From NCBI GenBank assembly GCA_964200075.2, contig CAXNAA020000016.1, forward strand, positions 1-36,727: DNA of 36,727 nucleotides. Direction: 5' to 3'. The notes under the pieces are model-generated. The model searched no databases and had not been told where the DNA came from. It saw nothing but the letters and a program-made list of their open reading frames with translations. A program made the translations under genes and the position numbers. Source of the DNA: Sphacelaria rigidula. Its lineage: Eukaryota. Positions 25,889 to 34,800 of this stretch are shown piece by piece (positions within the stretch are counted from its first letter, which is position 1; every line of letters begins with the position of its first letter).

Positions 25889-28800
25889 CACTGGAGTGCA
25901 CAAGCGCTGTAGAGAAGCAGAGATGCAGCAAAAGATGGAAACGTCGTGGGAACGACATGCATGCAGTTACGTAGAGCAACCTGACATGTGTCGTCACAAG
26001 AGTACGCACGAGACACTACTTGACAAATGTCAAATCGGATGATGAAAAAATCCATGCGTGCTGTTGAAACAGCACACACAAGCAACACGACAGTAGGTGA
26101 AGAATGCACTATGGAGTAGAAACAAGCCACCGCAACGGCAACCGCGAGTGAGTTGATTACCCACACAGCCCTTTTTCAACTGGGTTTGTATTGGTTATTA
26201 TTGGTATTGCTAGTTTATTTGCCATCCGACAATTGGTAGATTTTATGGCGTAGTGCTCATTCGAGGAACATCTCAAGCATCGTATCATACAACCACTTCC
26301 CGAACATTGCAGATAAGCTCCAGTCCAAATCTTCGTATAGTCTCATTCACCCTCTACAACAAATCCCTACGAGCTGGGCCAGCCTCAGAACGGATTGAAG
26401 ATCTCAAGGCAATATCTCATCGACATGGAAGAGTTGGGTCATGATCCGCATATCGTATTCATCGTCTAATCAAGGGGAAGGTGCCCATCTCCTCAAAACT
26501 CTAGACCATTTTTTTTATCGTTGATCAAACCCCATGTCCAGTAATTCCTACACCGTATGGAGATAGCATCGACACTAAAATCTATATGAAACCTCGAATG
26601 ATGCATTCAGCGGATGAGGATGATTTTTGGTGTGGACCTTCCCTGGAGCACCGGGAGACGAGAGATACCCTCACCTTCGCCTAATTCGTAAGCTATCTCG
26701 TGACATGGCGCACATGAGGTTCCGTACTAAAATCAATATATTACGAGCAGAAGCACTAGAGGCCCTTAAACCTTTTGGGACCGGACCCCCACTAACACAG
26801 GGTTGACCCTGTACCCTGTGTTAGTGAAATTATCAAAAAAAGTCTTCGAGCGACCTGCCCAATCACGGCGAGGCGAAAATTATCGACCAGACTCGAACGA
26901 CCAGCGCGGGGATTGTTGTCGAGTGTGATGCCACAGCAAAGATCGTGTGAGTGGCCTATACCTGGCCCAGATAAGCCTCTCCAGGTTTCCAAGTGCAGCG
27001 TGGTCGCGGCTTGGTTTTATGGTATTACTTGCACTCAGTATACCGTTCCCGAGCTTTTCCGGAGTGTTTTTTGGGTCCCAATTATATATTAAAACGTAGT
27101 AATTTACACTAACAAAGGGTGGCCCGGGAAAAACCGGGAAGTAGTGTACATGTCACCATGTGGTCACTTTCACGAGGCTCAAAATCCAGATGGACTGTGG
27201 AAAGACAAAAGGAGCTACCGTCATGAAGTCTGCGTATCCCTCTGCGGATTACTTGCAGTGTGCAGTTCACATGTATGTTGTGGACGGGGATGATAAAGCT
27301 GTATATAGGCAACTGATTTGAGAAGCTGAGAAATGCCCAGAACGTGCAAGGGAGTATGCAGCGGCAGCTGCTGCTTCAGTAGGAGAGCCGTACTAGACTA
27401 TACTGTACTATACTGTTGTATGCATGCGGGCCGCAGCCCTAATACCCTCCGAAGAGAATTGGTCGCATGCAACAAGGTGGGAAATGGCGGCCCACCTCGA
27501 CTACAAAGGACTGTGTGGCAAGGTGATGAGGACAAAAGTATAATTCAAAGCCACAAGTGGCGGGCGGTCCGCCGGTCGCCGCATCCTGTGGGAAACTCTT
27601 TACCACGACCCATACTGCTTGCTGCATTAGATGTACACCACCTGATGTGCACCCTGCACCTGAAAATAGATTGGAACTTTCGGTCTTTTTCATAACCCTG
27701 CGGTTACATACGCGGATTTTCAGCAACACGCCACCGTTTCGTGCAGACGCCAGACACGTCATTCCTGAGTCTCATTGGTCGTTCTGGAGGCCCGGTCCCA
27801 AAAGGGTTAATCTGGATTTCGCGTCTCAGGTTTTGAGAGTTTTGCTGTGAAATTTGGTATGGAGAACCGCTAGTGCATTATGAAATTAAAAAACAGCTTT
27901 GCACTTTTTGTTTCGTGTTTGTAGGGTCACTTTTTGTAGTTTTGAGGAGAAATGAACATTGCTCTTGGCCCTCATCTCAATGTTTTAGCCCAGTTTTTAG
28001 AATTGTGATCTGGAACTTAGCGTGGAGGACGCCCGAACCTCTCCCAAAAAACAAAATGGGCCTTTAATTTTTGTGGCGGGCAAGGGTTCGGGCGTTCTCG
28101 TGAAAAACTGGTCATTATCATACCAAAACGCCATGAACCAGTGAAGAAATAGAATGAAAAAACTGACCCACTGAGAATTGGTAATAATGCCCTAGAGGGC
28201 CCACACAAAATTTCAATACACAAAACCCAAACGTGGGCCGATGAGCGGTCTGCGAAATACTGTTCCGAATCTTTAGCGACCCGGTTTTGAAAGGCGGGTG
28301 CGACGGTCACTATTTAGAGTTGGAGCGTAAGACTTGGTATGGACAATGCATGGGGCATAAAAATATATATATTGAAGCACCACAATTTGTTTTTCGTGAG
28401 TTAAGGGCAACAATCAGTTTTCAGGTATATGACTAGAATGCTCTTAACTCACGAAAAAAAAAACTTCTGGTGCTTCTGAAATATGTATAAATATATATAT
28501 TATGCCCTGTGCATTGTCCATACCGAAGTTTACGCTCCAGCTCTGAATATTGGCCGGCGAATTCGCCTGCAAAGTTCAAATCCGCCTCTAGGCTGGCCCA
28601 GCTCGTAACTGAAATTCATCGATACCAATATTGATATATTCAACCTTTTCGAAGAATATTCCAGAGAGGAACCGAAACCATCGATTAAGGTCACAATTAT
28701 GTGTATTCTTTCTCGCCGATAACCTACACAGGCGGCGCAGGAAAATCATCGAACATCTAACGAGATTTATGGCGAATTTTTACTATTATTATAAAAAGAG

Positions 28801-31800
28801 AAGTACCAAACTTCTCTACAATGGAATATGAAACGCGATGAGTAACTAATTCCTGCTCAATCTTCCAAACCATGGATTTCAATTCCGTGCGTCCTGCCAC
28901 ACCATCATTATCATAAATCCAACCTCCGACCCCGAGCCAATGGTGTTGAACCGCCCACACGGACTGTTTACCGGTAGCCCCTTGACACCCCCTCGAAAAG
29001 AGCTGATACCGATGAACCCGATTAAGATCGCCACTTGTGTAGCCACCGATATGAGCTGAAGAAGGCGCTCGTTGCTGCTGTTTTTTTTGTCAAAGACCCT
29101 CCGTCTCTCCAATCTTGCGACATATGTCGGCAAGTCGTTAGTATACTCGCATCCCTCCTTTCCAAGGCCCCCGACCCTTCCCACCGCAGGGGTGGCAAGT
29201 TTAGCTGCACTCATTAGAGGGTACGTATCCTGGACAATCGTAGTGCCCACGCCTTCGCGCCTCGGAACGTGGTGCAGCAGATCCATCACGAATACTATCT
29301 CCTCTTAAGTAGACGTTTCCCGTCGGGTCCACGTGGATCACGTGCGAACAGCATGCCTTTGTTACGGTACTTTGGGGACGACGCGCCTCTGAGATCTTTT
29401 CGTCTGATGACGGTGTTTATGCTTACTACAGGTCTGTGTCCACCGTGAAAAGCCCCTCACTTTCCGCCTCGTGTTGAGCTTACCGGTCGGCAGAGGCCCG
29501 AGATGGAGTACTTGAGCGGCTGATGCATGTTGACCTGCGTCGCGTCTCGGTCTATGTTCTATCACTTGTTTTTCGGATAACTTACGAATTGGACTCAACT
29601 ACAAGTTGAGGGTGTCCGCTGGATTATGACTTCGGTTCCGTACATAAAACCCACGAAATACCGCAGCGTGTTTGCTCATTGTATTTTTATAATAAGCACG
29701 CACAAGAAAGACAACAACGGGGTGGAGCATGCCGCTAAGCGTCGTATGTTACGATGTTCCCCTCATTGGTCAGCCTTACCCAGAGCCGCCTTCCCGTGAG
29801 ACATGTGATGTAGGGAAATCAGCACTACCAGGGTAGTGTATTAGGCGCACCAGCCTTCAGTGTCTTCGACTGATGTTCGTGCGCCACCCCAGTGCGCCCC
29901 CGGAGGAAGCATCACCACCACCTCCCGAAGAGGGGCCTTGCAGCATATATCTCCCCATACAGACTTCAGACTCCAGTTTTTTTACTTCCAGTACAAAAAC
30001 CAGGACCACAGAACCTCGATAGGGCAGGAAAACCTAGGAGGGATAGCAGGACATCATCGATACCACTGGATGTCTTTGTGGAAACCCAGAAGGCGTTACG
30101 TGTTTCAAAACTGTTCAGAGAACTTTGCGATGGACTCGAGGTGACCTCATGCAGTGCACCACATCTTGTTTGCGCAAAGCACAAACTCTCCCAAGACTTA
30201 TGAGAACGTTTCTGGCGAGGTTACAACGGACGCGGCGCGTATCGTCCCGTTCCAAAATAAGATATATACACGTGGGTGCACGGCCGCAGGGGCGAGCGAG
30301 CGGTGTTGAGTGACTCCTGTGACAGATCAAAAGCGTTGGCCAAACTAAGGTCCGGTGCCGTGCAGTGTTCCCGATATCGCCGTTTTCAGACGTGATGCAT
30401 GATACCTCAATAAACGTTCTTGCGCGCAGTAGCAGGGCAAAGGGAGATGCATCGAATGTCCCTATCGGAGGTCGTCGACCGCACCCCCTCCCCCCTCCCT
30501 TTCGATCGAGTGCGAGAGATGTGTCTTCACTCTGCCCGGAACTGGTATAATAGTGCTCGAGCATACCACTCACTCCGTTTGCCATGTGACAACCCCTCTA
30601 GTAAGCACTTTGCTCTGCCGAACTCGCACTTTCGTGTGAGACGTCTTTTCTCCATCCTTTAGGTGTCCATAATAGAGGTCTAGGTGGTATGTGGCAAATA
30701 CCAAACCGCCAAAACGAACCCCCCCCCCCTCCCGTCTCCACTTTGCCGATTTGCGTTGTAAACTGTGCGTTTCTTTCGCAAGGTGCCATCGCCGTGTATG
30801 CCTCTACAATTCTAGTGGAGGAAGGGACAGTTTTCAGTGGCAACAGCGCCATCAGCGGAGCAGGGGGCGGGATATACTGCTCTCTTGCGGTGGCTTCTTT
30901 CAGAGAATCCATTTTCACAGCGAACGAGGCAATCTGGGGTGGAGGTCGGTGCCAGGTTTTCGTCGGGTCCATTCCTGGGCTCTCTCCTTGCCTCTTGGGT
31001 CGCAATGATACTCGTAGTCTATACTGTAAACTTGATCCAACCAGCGTTTTTCAAGTTTTATGCATCACATCTCTAGAAGTGGGATGCCGCTACCGTTCAA
31101 GTTTGGTGCAAAAGCCAGACCGAAGGGCAACACTCCTGCTGCGAAGATGACGAAGCAGTCCGGGTATTGTTTGCTATCAAGAGTGTGGCAGCGGTATCCG
31201 GATCTGCATTTCAAGCCAAGATATCCGATACTTGGAACGTACCCTGTGGGAAGTAAACTGATTGATCACTTCAGAACTCGCCAAAATGTCCGGGGAACGA
31301 AACAATCGCACTCCCTCCCTCACGCTTGCCCCCTTCCCTGCCCTGTGTGGATGGATCAATGACATCCGAGACCAGGTTTGGCTCTTTTCTCCTCTGGTTT
31401 TGTGTGGAATGCACAGGCACCCGACACCTCCGGGCCTGCGAATGTGACCTTGTGTGTCTTTGACCGGAACAAGGCTGTCGACGGGGGTGCCATGTACAGC
31501 GTCGCAGGGTACGACATGATCAACAATTCCTCGTTTGAGGAAAATCGGGCAGGTATGGGTCCCATCGGAGTGCCTAGCAATTCGCAGAAGGAGCAAGTTC
31601 TTGCAGAGTATGGTGCCTCCGAATCCTTCGATTCGAAGCCCTCCTCAAGTGCACAGCGTAGTGATGCCGCGTACACGGAGTTCCCCCGAAAAACAAGCCC
31701 CAAATCTGTCACGAAGCAGCACATGACAGTTGTTTTCCGACTGCGTGAAGGACCTCATATGGGGCGACATTGACGAAAGCGGCCCTAAGCGTGGGAGTTT

Positions 31801-34800
31801 CCAGCTGCTCAGAGCGCTCGGCCTTTGTCACTTAGATTTATATATAGATACTACCACCTCGAACCAGCCTCATTGCTGGGGAGAGCTATCGCGGCATTAG
31901 TCACCGTGGTATTCGAATGAGAGGGGCTGGGCAGAGGTCGGAAGGGCTGTATACGATGAAGATACCAAATCACGCGTCAACGAAGATGGCGATAAAAGGT
32001 TGGCTCACAACCGAGAGTGTATGCCCAGTACAACTGCTGTCTTTCTCACGATGTCCCGTGTTACATACTATTGCCCCTTCCCGCAATAATATCCAATTCA
32101 TTCGTTTCACGGCAGAGGGGTCTGGCGGGGCGTACCTGCATTCCGGAGTTCTGGTTGGACTTCGCGGCTCTACATTCGCCGGAAACAGAGCCGGTGATGA
32201 TGGCCTGGCCATCATGAGTCACGGAATGGTCGAACTTGACTCCTTTGAAAATACTTCCTTCAGGTCGAACACCTACTACTGCCCTTCTGGACAGTACGGC
32301 TACGAGGTGACGAAAATTGGTGGATTTGAAGACGAGGTGACTGAACTACAGCATCGCCGACTCGCTCGCCAGTAGGCACATAGTCTTCATCAGTTCGTTG
32401 CATGTAGTATGTAGCGTGCAGTTTTTACACTGATGAAGCGTTACACTACGTCGCTCTCGCTGACCTCTGCGCAGTTGATTCGCCTGGAAATTTGCCACCT
32501 ACGGAGCTACGTTTTTGGCGCTATTTTACTTGCAGCCAGCACATGTTTCACCAATCATACGCGCTCGCCGCCGTCATATTTGTGAGCCTCGCCGAAAATG
32601 TTATGATATACTGGGAATACTTGTGGCCTCCCGAGGGAGTATCCCTTTTCGACAAGTAATGGAGCATCCTCACCCACTGGTTCGGAGAAGCCGCCCTCGA
32701 TTTTCCTGAGAGTTTTCTCAACCTAGAATTCAAGAACCCCTCTCCCCCGGACAACGGAAGCAGGTGGACGGTCATTAAAGCCAGTCCTCCCTTGAATGCG
32801 CTATGAAGAGCTCCGATACTGAACGTCTACGCTCTGGCTTGCATCTTTCGCTTGACAGGTTTCAGGAACCTGCCGTTTCGATCTTGTCTGGGAGGACTGC
32901 CCGGTCTCGTGTGAAGAAATCCCGGAGAGCATCGACGTGCTCAACGACAGCTTTGTGCCAACATGCGAAACGGTGCGAATTCGTCCGATTTCACGGGGGG
33001 TAGCACAGCGGGAGTGCTACCGCATGCATCACAAATTCCTGCCCAACTGCTTACGCAACAACTCTCTGTCGAGCAAACCCGCCGTGTCAGATGTACAAGA
33101 CATTTCGAACTCGGATATGACGTCAAATGTTCCACACTGCTGATATCGATCACCGTGACTGATGGAGCAGCAGTTGCAGGTGCGCAACGCTACAAGTCTT
33201 TCGACTCTGAGTCACACATTCGTTAATTTCGTCCTACCCATTCAGGCTATGACGGGTGTCGACGCGTCCGGCGATGGAGGCATGACGCTTTCAATGCTAA
33301 AGCTGGATCATGGGTACTACCGCACGTCTGTCGAGAGTCATGAGGTTCTGAGATGCCACCAAGAGAACGCTTGCATCGGGGGTGCGGAGACCAGCCAGTA
33401 CTGCGAAACGGGTTACCAAGGACCATGTAAGATCAACCTGCAAGGCGTCTTGCACGGTGACTGTATGAGGTTTTCGATGATGGCCTAAAGCGGCTGCCCA
33501 AACGATGCATGTGCAGCTACCAAACCGTGCTGCCTACACCCCGCCGTAGGTGAGGCCTTCGACTCGCAACGCTCTTGCGTTTTCGGTGCGACATTGTTTC
33601 GAGGTCTCCCCGTTAAGAATGTGCTTGTCTAAGGACTCGCGCAAGAGGGAACGAGCGAACTCGCACGAAATGACAAAACCATGGGTCTGACGCGCATGTC
33701 GTTGGTCGATACACACCCTCTCCTGTACCTGACGCATTGCAGACTGTGCTGTATGCGAAGAGGGCTATGCCTCCGGATACCAGTACAGCTGTTCCAGCTG
33801 CTTCGGCGAGAACAAGCGGTCAGCCATGGGTGAGCCCTTGCTTTTCTGCGTGGAAGTCAGAGTAAGGACGCTCATGATATCGGACTCACTAATGGCGTGT
33901 CTCGCTGTTCGAGTATCTTCGTCGCACGTTGGAGAACGGCATCCCACCACCAGTCCAAATTGGGTGGTTACAGGTTCTGACATGTTCGACTGAACATTAA
34001 TGCTCGCAGTCGACCCTGGACACGGATCGTCGGTGCTACTGGTCGCGTTGGCGCACGGGTTTATAAAAACAGTGGACACAGAGAGGCGAAGGAGTATTTT
34101 CCCGTATTCTTAACAGCAAAGGCCACTACTCCCCCCGTTCTCGTGAGACAGGACAACTCAGCCGAGATGCCTCTCCGTCCCGTGGGTTGCCGTCGGCTGG
34201 CCGCTACGTTGTAAAACACGCAGCTTTGCCAGGGAAAGCCAAACAACGAGATTAAAGCTTTCGTTTTTCGCGATGACCGTGAATGGTGTTCGAGTTTGAC
34301 CATTTTGTGCGGTCTGGGGAGGTTCAACTCACCTTAAACGGGGATGATCGGACTATGTAGCGTGAATATGATGATGCGCTCACGCGGTAGTCAAATAGCA
34401 TGTATCCATGATTGTTTCCGGAAGTGGCAAGACCGGAAAGCAAACCAAGTCATGCAAAGTTGTCATCTATACACGAAAACAGGCACAGCTCTCCGAACAC
34501 ACCTTGTGGGATACAGTCATCCTTGCTGCGATTTGGTAGACATCCCGCGGCGCTTCGTGCTGTGTACAAGGTTTACTCACATAGTTCGATGAAAGTCCTG
34601 TGTGCCCCACCCCGTCGTAGTAAGGGATGCGAGGTTTACGGTCTAATATCCACGGTATGCATGGTCATGAGCACACCCCGTCCCCTCCCCGTGCTCGCGC
34701 TCCCCCTTGCGTCGCGTGGCGTCATGGATTGGCGTAGGCACATCAATAGCTCTACTCTTAGTTGCGCTTGTTATCATTACCATGGTGATCGCGAATCTCA

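Larger units (their letters stand above)
26370..28605. mobile_element. Tc1/mariner-like non-autonomous element with TA TSD, hosting nested elements
   Basis: TA|cgagctgggccagcct ... aggctggcccagctcg|TA (16-bp perfect TIR, imperfect beyond); a diverged copy of its right end lies inverted at about 21445-21600. Confidence 0.75.

Noticed and set aside
25721-26166. ORFs with HTHT/VCVC runs
   Set aside because: They are translations of the (CA)n microsatellite.
30783-32336. Bacterial (Chlamydia) Pmp autotransporter or contamination
   Set aside because: Spliceosomal introns are present throughout, and the C-terminus is helical multi-pass rather than a beta-barrel.
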